From: Promethearchaeota archaeon
GTDB taxonomy: Archaea; Asgardarchaeota; Lokiarchaeia; Sigyniarchaeales; SOKP01
Direction of reading: 5' to 3'
Length of the DNA stretch: 64,000 nucleotides
NCBI GenBank assembly: GCA_048940645.1
Contig: JBHLOI010000002.1
Coordinates: 1 to 64,000 of the forward strand
Positions 20,852-31,181 of the stretch are shown one piece after another. The position numbers were made by a program, and so were the translations under genes. Positions within the stretch are counted from its first letter, which is position 1, and each line of letters opens with the position of its first letter. Below the pieces are notes generated by a model. The model saw nothing but the letters and a program-made list of their open reading frames with translations, searched no databases and was not told the DNA's origin.

Positions 20852-22279
20852 ATGAACGAATCAGACTACGACAAAGTTCCTCTTAGAACAAAATTTTTAG
20901 GGGGTTTTGGATCCTTTGGGTTGAATGTAACTACTAACTTGTTTTTAGCATGGACTCAAATCTACTATATTAAAATAGTAGGGATAGACCCTCTTAGGTG
21001 GTCTCTTGCATTCCTTATCTATATGATATGGAATGCTATTAATGATCCCCTCTTTGGCCATCTTTCTGACAGGACTCGAACAAGATATGGTCGTAGAATT
21101 CCGTACTTAATGATATGCAGTCCCTTATTATCAATAAATTTCATAATTATGTATTTCGCTCCTATTGAGAGTTCTCAATGGATAAAATTTACATGGTTAT
21201 TAATTAGTTTGATCACATACGATTCTTTTTTTACGATTGTTTCAATTGCTTTCACTTCTCTTTTAGCAGAATTGTCTATTAATCCTCAAGAAAGGGCAAT
21301 GATAAATCTTTTTGCAGGAGTGGGTAATGGAATTGGTTTTGGAATTGCATATCTTCTTCCACTTTTACTGATTAATTATGAAGCAGTTCCATATTCTCAA
21401 AATGAGGATATATTTCAACTTATTATTATTATATTGGCTATACTAGGAGCAACTTTTTTAGCATTTACGGCTTTTGGAATTAAGGAGAGACCAGAATTAT
21501 TACCTGAAAAGGAAGAACGTTTAAATATACTTCAATCTATAAAAAATGTATTAGCTAATCGAAGTTTTATTACGTATTCTATATTCAATTTCATGGTTTC
21601 ATATCTAATATTTTCAATTAATGCAAATCTTCCATTTTACTTACAAGATGTTTTAAAAATTAGTAGTGATAATGTGTTGGCGTCCATACCATTGATATTA
21701 TTTTTAACTTTTTCAATATTAGGATTTCCAATTATTCTATTATTAAATAAGAGAATAGGAAGTAAAAGAACTTTATTTTATTCTTCAATTTTAACAATTT
21801 TTGGCCTTATAATTATTACTTTCAGTGGTGATATAATTTTGGTAAATATATCATTTGCTGTAGTAGGTTTAGGGTTTTCCGGAACATTACTTGTTTTCAC
21901 ATTACTAGGTGATATTATTGATCAAGATGAGCTAAAGACTGGTGTGCGAAGAGAAGGGGCTTATTTCGGAACTGATGCATTAATAAATAAACCAGCTCAG
22001 TCCGTATCCGCCGGGATTTCTGGTTTAGTATTTTTTCTTACAAATTTCAATCAAAATCTAGGAGCAGGGGAAAATCAACCAGATAGCGCGATATTTGGAA
22101 TAAAAATGTTAATAGGAGTGATCCCAGCAATTTTTATCATATTAGGACTCATTTCTCTTTGGTATTATCCTCTTGATGCAGCAACTAAAGAATATAGGGA
22201 CATGAAAAGACAGGTGATGATCTTACATAATGAGAAATTACAAAGATTAAGAGAAACATTGGGCAAAAAAAACAGATAG
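20852..22279 (+). CDS. GPH (MelB-like) family MFS sugar/glycoside transporter
   Basis: WNAINDPLFGHLSDRTRTRYGRRIPY; DIIDQDELKTGVRREGAYFG. Confidence 0.93.
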   Translation: MNESDYDKVPLRTKFLGGFGSFGLNVTTNLFLAWTQIYYIKIVGIDPLRWSLAFLIYMIWNAINDPLFGHLSDRTRTRYGRRIPYLMICSPLLSINFIIMYFAPIESSQWIKFTWLLISLITYDSFFTIVSIAFTSLLAELSINPQERAMINLFAGVGNGIGFGIAYLLPLLLINYEAVPYSQNEDIFQLIIIILAILGATFLAFTAFGIKERPELLPEKEERLNILQSIKNVLANRSFITYSIFNFMVSYLIFSINANLPFYLQDVLKISSDNVLASIPLILFLTFSILGFPIILLLNKRIGSKRTLFYSSILTIFGLIIITFSGDIILVNISFAVVGLGFSGTLLVFTLLGDIIDQDELKTGVRREGAYFGTDALINKPAQSVSAGISGLVFFLTNFNQNLGAGENQPDSAIFGIKMLIGVIPAIFIILGLISLWYYPLDAATKEYRDMKRQVMILHNEKLQRLRETLGKKNR

Positions 22280-22308
22280 TTAAATTTTGATATTATATTT
22301 TATATTTC

Positions 22309-24282
22309 ATGGATGATTCCAAGCGTCCTTATAATAAACTCACTTATATTCCTTTTTTTAAAATAAATATTACCGATGATTTTTGGGCAACTAGGCAAAA
22401 AATTAATAGTGAGGTTTCAATACCACTCCAATTAGAAAAGCTTGAAGAAGATCATCATATTGATAACTTTAGAGTAGCTGCTAGAGTTAAAAAAGGCATA
22501 CACCAAGGTGAATTTTATTTTGACTCTGACTTATATAAATGGCTTGAAGCTGCATTTTACGTGTTACACATGCATGAAAATACCAATTTAGAAAACAAGG
22601 TAAATGAAATAGTTGATTTAATTGTTAAGACTCAATTAAAGGATGGATATGTGAATACATTTTACTCAACGAGATTTATAGAGAGAAAGTTCACAAATTT
22701 TCCTTTTATGCATGAATTGTATTGCGCTGGTCATCTTATTCAAGCAGCTATTGCTCAATATAGGGCAAATGGTTCCCAAGCATTATTAAAAGTAGCAGAA
22801 AAATTCGCTAGTTTTATCGTAAAAGTTTTTCAAAATAAAAAAGATAAGGAAGTACCTGGTCATGAAGAAATTGAGATGGCCTTAATTGAGCTATTTAGAA
22901 TTACAAAAAATAGAAAGTATCTATTCCTCTCTAGAGATTTAATTAATAACCGTGGCCATATTTCTGGATTAAAAGCTTACATTATTCGTAAATATTTTAA
23001 TTTTAACCAAATATTAAGAGCAGCAAAATCTTTTAATGAGATTTTTAAAAAGCAAAACCCTAATTTAGATTACAATAAGCGTGGAGAAGAAGATGAAGTT
23101 GCTGATTTTTATTCTGATCTAACGTTAAATGAAAAGATTAAATTTATTTTTTCAGTTTTAAAAGGAAAATGTTTTCAATTAAATATTCCAGTTAAAGAAA
23201 TTATTGATCCCGAGGGACATGCTGTAAGAGCTATGTATCTTTTTTGTGGGATGGCAGATTTGTATTCTGAAACTGGTGATCATTTACTCCTAAATGTTTT
23301 GAAGCGAATCTGGTTAAAGATTGTAAAAGGAAAAATGTATATAAGTGGAGGCATTGGTTCAATTAAGGGGATAGAAGGATTCGAAAAAGATTTTAAGTTA
23401 AGGAATGAAAAATCTTATTCTGAAACGTGTGCCGCTATAGGATTTCTAATGTGGAGTTGGCGTTTACTTCAAGTTACCGGGCACTGCAAATATGCAGATT
23501 TAATTGAGCGCATTTTATATAATGCTATGCTTGTAGGGTATTCAATTGATGGTAGAAAATATTTTTATAGCAATCCTTTAATTTCAAATGGGCAAGAAGA
23601 GAGAAAAGAATGGTTTCTATGTGCTTGTTGTCCTCCTAATGTTGCTAGAACTATAGCATCCTTAGGAAATTACATCTATAGCATCTCTGAAAAAGGGATT
23701 TGGATTCATCAATATATTGGAAATGAAACTCAAGTCGCACTTCATAATAATAAAATAAAAATGGAATTAAAAAGCAATTTTCCATGGAATGGTGTGGTGA
23801 AAATAAAACTTAGATTAGATAAAAGCCTAAATTTTTCGATTTTTCTTAGGATACCCCGATGGTGTATTAACACTACGCTTACGGTTAATGGAGAAAAGTA
23901 TTATGGCTCTCTTACTCCGGGAAAATATGTGGAAATTATTCGTAATTGGATTGACAAAGATTTAATTGAATTAAATTTTGAAATTGTACCACGATTATTA
24001 GAAAGTGATCCAAGAATAAAAAGTAATAGAGGAAAAGGTGTACTATCATATGGACCTCTAATATATTGTTTAGAACAAAAGGATAATAAGAATTTTGATA
24101 TTTTAAACATGAAATTTCCAAAAAATCAAGATTTTGAGGCTACTTATGAACCAGACTTATTAGATGGAATCACCATTATCAGAGGAAATATTTCTGAAGG
24201 GGAAAAATTTATAGCGATCCCCTATTATGCATGGAATAATCGAGGGCCGACCAAAATGCAGGTTTGGAATAAAATAATTTAA
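22309..24282 (+). CDS. Glycoside hydrolase family 127 (beta-L-arabinofuranosidase-like)
   Basis: DSDLYKWLEA, HELYCAGH, GHEEIEMAL, GHAVR, YSETCA, CACCPPN, IPYYAWNNRG. Confidence 0.93.
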   Translation: MDDSKRPYNKLTYIPFFKINITDDFWATRQKINSEVSIPLQLEKLEEDHHIDNFRVAARVKKGIHQGEFYFDSDLYKWLEAAFYVLHMHENTNLENKVNEIVDLIVKTQLKDGYVNTFYSTRFIERKFTNFPFMHELYCAGHLIQAAIAQYRANGSQALLKVAEKFASFIVKVFQNKKDKEVPGHEEIEMALIELFRITKNRKYLFLSRDLINNRGHISGLKAYIIRKYFNFNQILRAAKSFNEIFKKQNPNLDYNKRGEEDEVADFYSDLTLNEKIKFIFSVLKGKCFQLNIPVKEIIDPEGHAVRAMYLFCGMADLYSETGDHLLLNVLKRIWLKIVKGKMYISGGIGSIKGIEGFEKDFKLRNEKSYSETCAAIGFLMWSWRLLQVTGHCKYADLIERILYNAMLVGYSIDGRKYFYSNPLISNGQEERKEWFLCACCPPNVARTIASLGNYIYSISEKGIWIHQYIGNETQVALHNNKIKMELKSNFPWNGVVKIKLRLDKSLNFSIFLRIPRWCINTTLTVNGEKYYGSLTPGKYVEIIRNWIDKDLIELNFEIVPRLLESDPRIKSNRGKGVLSYGPLIYCLEQKDNKNFDILNMKFPKNQDFEATYEPDLLDGITIIRGNISEGEKFIAIPYYAWNNRGPTKMQVWNKII

Positions 24283-24289
24283 AATTTAT

Positions 24290-25168
24290 CTATATTTGAA
24301 AAATTTTTATGAATAGTGAATAATCCAATTCACTTTCCTGCATCGTTAAGTAGCTAAGATTTTCGTTTAATTCTTCTATGTTTTTTACGCCCATAAGAAT
24401 TACTGAAACTTCCGGAAATGCTTTAACATAAGATATACATTTACTGGGAGTTAAATCGGGAGGAATCTTCTTTTTAAAGCTTAAACCTCCTGTTTGATAT
24501 TTAGCAATATGAGTAGTTTGGTTCCTCTTTAAAAGTTTACCTCCAGCAAAAGGCTTAATTACTACTAAGCCTATTTTATTTTTCGAGCAAACTGTTAAAA
24601 GTTCCTCCCTTCCCATTAATCCATGATTTGCTATATTAATAGGAAACATTATTATATCAAATCTTCCACTTTTAATAGCTTGTTTGGCAACTGATGTATC
24701 ATGAGTGCTTAATCCTAAATATCGAGTTTTTCCTTCATCTTGGAATGAAATTGCTAAATCCAATAACCCTCTAGGACTCATAACTTTTTCAAATTCATTT
24801 GCTTTGACATATTGTATATTAAGGATATCTACATAGTCTATCTTTAGTACAGATAGTATTCTTAAAAATGCCTTTCTACTTTCTTTAATACTTCTATTTC
24901 TTCTAGGTTTACCTTCAGATTCACTGGTTCCCAAATGTCCTGTTATAATTAACTGATCCCTATATCCTTTAAAAGATAAGGCTAATTTTTCAAGGTAATG
25001 TTGAACAGAAAAGAGAACATCAAAGTAATTTATTTCATTCTCAATAGCACTAAGTATAACAGATTTCACTATACTTTTAGGTTGATAGAATAAATGTTCT
25101 GTTCCTATTCCTATTTCGCTGACCTTTAATCCTGTTCTTCCTAATTCCTTAAAATTCAAACTAATCAT
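24290..25168 (-). CDS. Aldo/keto reductase family protein
   Basis: LGRTGLKVSEIGIG, INYFD, GKTRYLGLSTH, KPFAGG. Confidence 0.9.
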   Translation of the reverse strand: MISLNFKELGRTGLKVSEIGIGTEHLFYQPKSIVKSVILSAIENEINYFDVLFSVQHYLEKLALSFKGYRDQLIITGHLGTSESEGKPRRNRSIKESRKAFLRILSVLKIDYVDILNIQYVKANEFEKVMSPRGLLDLAISFQDEGKTRYLGLSTHDTSVAKQAIKSGRFDIIMFPINIANHGLMGREELLTVCSKNKIGLVVIKPFAGGKLLKRNQTTHIAKYQTGGLSFKKKIPPDLTPSKCISYVKAFPEVSVILMGVKNIEELNENLSYLTMQESELDYSLFIKIFQI

Positions 25169-25252
25169 TTATAAAAATATTAATTGGAGCCTTTTTGAAT
25201 TCATGTTTAATTTTATATACTTTAAATTATTCGCATGTAGAAGGTATACAAA

Positions 25253-25807
25253 TTAAAAATCTTCTAGTTTCTGGCTTTCTGGATATCGCTCAAAAAGAGT
25301 TTCTGTTATAACATTAAAAGCCTCTTCAACATTTTTTCCTGTTTTTGAAGATAATTCTACAAATGATGAAAGATTATATTTTTTGGCTGCTAAAATACCT
25401 TCTTCTCTAGGGACCGCTCTATATTCTTCTAAATCTAACTTTGAACCAATTAACATTATTGGAATGTCACCTGAATGTTCTCGAATAATTTGGGTCCAAT
25501 CAGGTAAATGGTCTAACGATAAACGATTTGTTATGTCGTATAAAAAGAACGCAGCGTTTGCTCCTTTGCAATACTGATGAAGTAAGAATCTGAATCTTTC
25601 TTCTCCACCAAAGTCCCATATTTGTAATTTTACCTTCTTTTCCTGAAAATATGTTGTTTTTGAATAAAAATCAACACCTATTGTCAATTTAAGATCCTCT
25701 AAGAAGAATCCGGAAATATACCTAATAGTTAGAGAAGTTTTTCCGACTGAAGCGTCCCCTAACATCATTATTTTAAAAGTAAAATCATAATCCATCATTC
25801 TTCTCAA
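25253..25807 (-). CDS. Rab-like small GTPase
   Basis: GDASVGKT, TIGVDF, KLQIWDFGGEERFR, GSKLD, ELSSK. Confidence 0.95.
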   Translation of the reverse strand: MRRMMDYDFTFKIMMLGDASVGKTSLTIRYISGFFLEDLKLTIGVDFYSKTTYFQEKKVKLQIWDFGGEERFRFLLHQYCKGANAAFFLYDITNRLSLDHLPDWTQIIREHSGDIPIMLIGSKLDLEEYRAVPREEGILAAKKYNLSSFVELSSKTGKNVEEAFNVITETLFERYPESQKLEDF

Positions 25808-25966
25808 CGAGTAAATCTTTCTGGTGATTAATATCAGATATTTTACAATAGTTTGAAATAAAAGTTTTTAAAAATCTGTTATTTTATTATTTTCTTTTAA
25901 TAAAAATTATATCTATTATTATTTAATATTTCTTTTTAAAAAGTAACTTTTTTTATTCGATAGAGT

Positions 25967-26620
25967 TCATAAAATTAAGACCAATATATTAAAAATAGAA
26001 TGAGTAATTGAGCACATAGTCAAAGATCTTCCAGAGTAAATATACATAAGAGCAAATAAGGAACCTATAGTAAAAAAATATCCAAAATAGGTAATTATTG
26101 TTTGTATTGGGACCAAAAATGGAGGAACATGGTATAATGTAAAAAAAATAGAGGATAATATGATCGAATAAATTAGCTTTAATTTAGAGTTAAGTTTTTG
26201 AATTAGAAAACCCCTAAAAAACCCTTCTTCACAAGGACCTGTAATTAAGATCTGTAAAATAATTACAATGGAAATTTCAATATATGATGGTTCTATTGGC
26301 TCGGTATTTATGATATTTGTAATTCCCTCTTCAATAAATTTGGTTCCAAATATACTCTCAATCAAGATATTTCTATAAAAAATCATCAAAAACCCACTAA
26401 ATATATATAAGAAAATGCCAATATCTATTCCTAAAATAATTTTAAGGCATCTGCTATATGTACTTTCTGCCTCTCTAGAAAAACCAATCTCTTTGAATTC
26501 TTTTTTAAGTGGTATATTTTCCAGTTTTGCAGAAATAAATACTGGAATAATGATTAAGAATAATTCAAGAGACATTAACATAATTAGTATCCAAAAATTC
26601 TCTCCTAATTGAATGGGCAT
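25967..26620 (-). CDS. CPBP (Abi/Rce1-like, type II CAAX) intramembrane glutamic protease
   Basis: Intact EEGFFRG, FTLYH and HSIFN motifs; multiple TM segments. Confidence 0.9.
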   Translation of the reverse strand: MPIQLGENFWILIMLMSLELFLIIIPVFISAKLENIPLKKEFKEIGFSREAESTYSRCLKIILGIDIGIFLYIFSGFLMIFYRNILIESIFGTKFIEEGITNIINTEPIEPSYIEISIVIILQILITGPCEEGFFRGFLIQKLNSKLKLIYSIILSSIFFTLYHVPPFLVPIQTIITYFGYFFTIGSLFALMYIYSGRSLTMCSITHSIFNILVLIL

Positions 26621-26717
26621 TCTAAATTAACCAATTAATATCTAAAAGTAATTCTAAAAATTATAAAATTAATTATCTCATCATCATTAATATTCTTTTA
26701 TTTAATTTATAATCTTA

Positions 26718-27998
26718 ATGACGATTAAAGATAGTTCTTTGAAAACGCCTAAATTTAAACCAAAAAATATAAAGAATAATATTTCTGAGACAACCCCTAT
26801 AGGATTAACAAAAGAGCAAATATTATTAGATGATTTAAAAAAAATCGCTAAAGAGTATCTAGAAATAGAACAATTAAAAAAAAAGTTTGTAGAAATTATT
26901 ATCAACAATATTGAAGATTTAGATTTTTCTCCATTTATAAAATATCCCAATTACCATATAAAAGAAAATAGAATTAAAGTAAAGGCTCAATCAGCTAATA
27001 TTAGAGGATTAAATGTTGTAAGTGTGGATGGTAGTTCAGTAATAAAAAAATTCATGAATGTGGATTTTTCATTTCTAAAAGCGATGGCTGTTAAATATTA
27101 TTTCTATCAAAATGATTATTCAAAAATAGAATATTTTCCAGATATTAGCGGCTATAATAATTACAGGGTACAAGGAAATTATATTAATCGAGGAGAAAAT
27201 GAAGCTGATACCAACCTTTCAATGGATATGACATATATGGAGTTGAATTTATTAAATAATCTCATTTTAAAAAATTCTGACATTGATCTTGTCATATTGG
27301 ATGGATCCATAGTTATTATGCCTATTAATTATATATTTTCAAAGGATCTGGAACTTTCTAAGAAATATGATGAATTATTAAAAGAATATCAAAAGTTGTA
27401 TACCAATTGTAAAGAAAAAGGGATTATTCTAATAGGGTCAATAAAAGATACAAGAACATCTGCTTTAACTCATCTAATTAGAAATTCTATCCAAATGTTA
27501 AAACCAAATACAACACGATTAACAGATTTTCTAAAAATAAATTATAGACAAATAACTGACTATTTTTCAGATTTAGATTTATTTAATCGTCTTTTGAATA
27601 TATCGGAAAGAAGTTGTATTTTTAATTGTAAAAGAGAAGTTGATAAGATAAGAGATACAGGTATTAAAAAAGAAATACCTTATTACTTCCCCTTGAATTT
27701 TTATGCATTTTATTTGAAAACTGCTTTACATGATACACCATGTAGGATTGAGTTCTTTATGGATGAGAAAAGTTCTAATAATGAAGCAACAAAAAAAGCA
27801 AATTTAATCTCATCAATCTTATTGCCGATTTCAAGTCTTAATGAGTTTTATGGCTTACCAATTCCTCAAATTGAAGCCCATAAAAGAGCTGTCTTTAAAC
27901 CTCCTGAAATAGATCTTTTATTTAATAACTTATCAAGAACTATAACTAAAAACGGTAATTTCTTGTTAGAAAAAAGAAGAATGAGAAGACCCTTTTAG
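26718..27998 (+). CDS. nurA: NurA-family nuclease
   Basis: VSVDGS, ILDGS, IGSIKD, GLPIPQIEAHKRA. Confidence 0.8.
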   Translation: MTIKDSSLKTPKFKPKNIKNNISETTPIGLTKEQILLDDLKKIAKEYLEIEQLKKKFVEIIINNIEDLDFSPFIKYPNYHIKENRIKVKAQSANIRGLNVVSVDGSSVIKKFMNVDFSFLKAMAVKYYFYQNDYSKIEYFPDISGYNNYRVQGNYINRGENEADTNLSMDMTYMELNLLNNLILKNSDIDLVILDGSIVIMPINYIFSKDLELSKKYDELLKEYQKLYTNCKEKGIILIGSIKDTRTSALTHLIRNSIQMLKPNTTRLTDFLKINYRQITDYFSDLDLFNRLLNISERSCIFNCKREVDKIRDTGIKKEIPYYFPLNFYAFYLKTALHDTPCRIEFFMDEKSSNNEATKKANLISSILLPISSLNEFYGLPIPQIEAHKRAVFKPPEIDLLFNNLSRTITKNGNFLLEKRRMRRPF

Positions 27999-28005
27999 AT
28001 TTTGA

Positions 28006-28698
28006 TTATTTCAATTCCAACCTATTTAAAAGAATGTCTTCAAAAAAAATATGTTTTCTTTTCACAACTCTTCTTTTAAATCCCTTGTCACGAATTAAAT
28101 TATCTAATTCCTTGATATCAGCTCTGCTTGAACTGATAAAATATATATATAAACCATTTTTATCGTTAGTATCAATAAACTCAATTACTTGATTAATAAA
28201 TCTTTTTAAGACTTCAAATCCCTTAACACCCCCGTCCCAACAAAAGTTTATAGGTTTTTTGTTATTAAATTCTTCTGTCTCGATTGAGGGTAAATAAGGG
28301 GGATTAAATACAATGATATTAAAAGCGTGTTTTAAATTCTTAGGAAATGAGTTAAACAAATCTGATTGGAAAAATATGATTTGATTTTCAAAGTTATTAA
28401 TCTTTTCATTTAATTTACTACAAACTATAGCTTTCTCTAATATATCTGAGGCGTATATTTTTGGGTTAAATTTAGAATATTTTTTTTTAATGAGTAGAAA
28501 AAATATGGGAATAATTCCTGAACCTGTTCCCATGTCCAAAATATTCTTTATTTTATTGAATTCCAGGCCATCAAAATGAGAATTAGTAATATTTTCTTTA
28601 AGGTAATCAATAATTAAGTAGGAATCGTCAGAGGGGGAGTAAACGCTCTTAAATTTATTTACAATTATAGGATCGGGAAATTCTTTTATATTATTCAC
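28006..28698 (-). CDS. HemK2/Mtq2-type protein-glutamine methyltransferase
   Basis: VYSPSDDSYL, LDMGTGSG, FNPPYLP, WDGG; downstream of ksgA as in other archaea. Confidence 0.9.
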   Translation of the reverse strand: MNNIKEFPDPIIVNKFKSVYSPSDDSYLIIDYLKENITNSHFDGLEFNKIKNILDMGTGSGIIPIFFLLIKKKYSKFNPKIYASDILEKAIVCSKLNEKINNFENQIIFFQSDLFNSFPKNLKHAFNIIVFNPPYLPSIETEEFNNKKPINFCWDGGVKGFEVLKRFINQVIEFIDTNDKNGLYIYFISSSRADIKELDNLIRDKGFKRRVVKRKHIFFEDILLNRLELK

Positions 28699-28716
28699 CT
28701 AATGTTTATAAAAATA

Positions 28717-29565
28717 TTAATATTTTAGCCAATTAAAAATGTGTGCGCATATATCTATTAAATCATCTATATTAAACTGAAAAAGCTTCTTGTTTGGGAT
28801 ATTAAATTCTTTTAGAAAATCTAATAATTCTATTTTGTCAAAATGAAAAGAGTTATTATTTTTAAAATATAGTTCTAGAGCATTTACTAAATTTTTGTTT
28901 TTATAAGGCATAATACCTGCGACAAATCTTAAGAAAAATTCGCTATTTCTTTTTTCTAATAAAAATGATTTTATTACTTCTCTTGGTTTAACTTTAACTA
29001 AAGCAAGGTCAATTTTAGGGCGAGGGTAAAAGCAATTTGAAGATACAATTTGCTTTTTAAGCGGTTCCATAAATGCATTAAATGTTACACTTATTCTTGA
29101 GAAATCCTTGTAGGTTCCTGATAAAAAAATTCTATTAGCAATACTTTTTTCTATTATTAAAACAGCTTCAGGAGGTTGCTCATTATAGAATATTTTTTGG
29201 ATTATAGGTCCTGTTAATTTATATGGAATATTTGAAACTACTTTATTATGATTAGGGATTTTTACTTGTAAAATATCTTCGTTAAAAAGTTCAATATTAG
29301 TTAAATCAGAAAATTTTTCCTTTAAATATCGAAAGAGTATTGAGTCAATCTCATAGGAATAAACTTTTTTGGCATTTAAAATTAATTCCGAAGTTAATGC
29401 TCCTAACCCGGCTCCAATTTCAACCACAATGTCATTCTCATTAAGATTTGCTTCAGATATAATTTTTTGCCGTACCTTTGAGTTAATTAAAAAGTTTTGG
29501 CCAAACTTTTTCTTTGGAGTAAAATTTAATTGCTTTAGAATCAATTGTACTTTTTTTCTATTCAT
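28717..29565 (-). CDS. ksgA: 16S rRNA adenine dimethyltransferase
   Basis: KKFGQNFL, EIGAGLGALT, YEID, SNIPY, FYPRPKID. Confidence 0.95.
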   Translation of the reverse strand: MNRKKVQLILKQLNFTPKKKFGQNFLINSKVRQKIISEANLNENDIVVEIGAGLGALTSELILNAKKVYSYEIDSILFRYLKEKFSDLTNIELFNEDILQVKIPNHNKVVSNIPYKLTGPIIQKIFYNEQPPEAVLIIEKSIANRIFLSGTYKDFSRISVTFNAFMEPLKKQIVSSNCFYPRPKIDLALVKVKPREVIKSFLLEKRNSEFFLRFVAGIMPYKNKNLVNALELYFKNNNSFHFDKIELLDFLKEFNIPNKKLFQFNIDDLIDICAHIFNWLKY

Positions 29566-30217
29566 ATTTCTGAGTCTTTGAAAATAAATAATATTTTACT
29601 CCTTCACGTTGGAGTTCTTTAATTATTCTTTGGGCAATTAATTTAGGTGGATTTGAAATACTAGTACGATCTGCGATATCCTGGAAAGTAACGAAGTTTT
29701 GTCGTTCTCTTTCCTCAAGAATTTCCCACATATGTTTTTGGCCTATACCCGGTAATAATTTCAAGGCATGCATCCGTGGGGTGATTGATGTTGAATTATT
29801 AAAAAAATTTATAAATTCTTCCTCGTAATTTAGTACTTCTTTTTCTAGTATTGGCTGTATTAAAGCTTTTGAAGTATTAGTTAATTCATTATAATCTATT
29901 TTTTTTAATACTTCTCTTAATTTGTTTTGTCTTAGAAATTCTTCATATGTATTTTTTTCTTGGACTTTAATATCAGTATCTTTATTAATTTTAACCTCGT
30001 AAAGAACGAAATCTGGAAAAGTCAAAACTTGAGCGATTGGTGTTTTAGACCAACTTGGCTTATCTTCATCTGGATGTCCGTGTAATAATATATCTAGGAT
30101 TACCAATTCTCTGAATTTCTTTATAAACTGTTTCTTCTCTCTTGGGCCCCTTTTTTGATATGGTGGTCTGCGTGAAGGCCTTCTGTACCGATCTAAACGT
30201 CTTTCCATTTCCACCAA
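29558..30217 (-). CDS. DUF655 family putative RNA-binding protein
   Basis: FINFFN...ITPRMHALKLLPGIGQKHMWEILEER; conserved L21e-rpoF-DUF655-ksgA synteny. Confidence 0.92.
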   Translation of the reverse strand: MVEMERRLDRYRRPSRRPPYQKRGPREKKQFIKKFRELVILDILLHGHPDEDKPSWSKTPIAQVLTFPDFVLYEVKINKDTDIKVQEKNTYEEFLRQNKLREVLKKIDYNELTNTSKALIQPILEKEVLNYEEEFINFFNNSTSITPRMHALKLLPGIGQKHMWEILEERERQNFVTFQDIADRTSISNPPKLIAQRIIKELQREGVKYYLFSKTQKYE

Positions 30218-30360
30218 TTTTCTTATTTTTTACTTTTCCAATATGCATACTAATTTTAATTTTGAATTTCTCTTTTTTGAGAAGGAATACTCATTAAAAT
30301 TTAAAACAATAAGGATTTATAAATTCTTCGCTATTTAAAACTCATCTTTTTATAACAAGA

Positions 30361-30723
30361 TTATCTTTTAAATCCCTCAAGATTGGCAAGCAAATCTTGT
30401 AATTGATCATCACTCAAAGTTTTTCCAGTGAAACTTTTTTCTAGTATCATCCTTAATTCTGGGATCGTTTTAGGATCAACATTCACAATATTAATAGCAT
30501 AAACTTCTTCAATCTCAAATTTTTCCATTAGAAATTTTTGAATCTTTTTAGCATCTTTTTCACTCATTTTGGCAAACTTATTCACGTAGTTATAGGTAAT
30601 TTCTTGAAAATGTGATAACCCTTCTTCAGGATCAATTTCTTCAACTTTTTTCTTAACTCTCTCCATAATCTTTTTAACTTCTGGGATTGATACTGTTTTT
30701 TCGTCGACTTTTCTTCCCGACAT
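30361..30723 (-). CDS. rpoF: RNA polymerase subunit F (Rpo4); ATG at 30723 preferred because it follows an AGGTG SD motif
   Basis: VSIPEVKKIM, YVNKFAK, AINIVNVDPKTIPELRMIL; synteny. Confidence 0.92.
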   Translation of the reverse strand: MSGRKVDEKTVSIPEVKKIMERVKKKVEEIDPEEGLSHFQEITYNYVNKFAKMSEKDAKKIQKFLMEKFEIEEVYAINIVNVDPKTIPELRMILEKSFTGKTLSDDQLQDLLANLEGFKR

Positions 30724-30747
30724 GATATACACCTTAAAATCTCAATT

Positions 30748-31047
30748 TTAATTTAATGACGCATTATTTAAGCGTAAATGTTCTTTACCAATTATTAATA
30801 ACTTCTTTGAGTTTCCTAACTTTACTTGAACTTCATAACAGCGTCCTCTTTGGTTCATAATTGTACCTGTTAAGCCATGGAACCTTCTATGGGGCATACC
30901 ACGCTTGTGTTTTGAAGGATCTGTAATTATGTCAACCTTATCTCCCATCTTATAGTCAACTAAAAATTTATCAATAGATCCTAAACCTTTATCTCTAGTC
31001 TTTTTTCTATGTCTTTTACGCGATTTGTTCCTGTAACCTTTATGCAA
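30748..31047 (-). CDS. rpl21e: 50S ribosomal protein L21e
   Basis: KGYRNKSR, GDKVDI, GMPHRRFHGLTG, EHLR. Confidence 0.96.
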   Translation of the reverse strand: MHKGYRNKSRKRHRKKTRDKGLGSIDKFLVDYKMGDKVDIITDPSKHKRGMPHRRFHGLTGTIMNQRGRCYEVQVKLGNSKKLLIIGKEHLRLNNASLN

Positions 31048-31181
31048 AGTTATTTTAATTCACCTAATTTATTCGCGAATTATTAGAATTATAAATTGTT
31101 TTATTATTCATAGTTTATTTATTTTTCTAATGTCTATGCTTAGTTCTAAAAACTTAATTTGAGACTCTTAGAATTCTTTGA

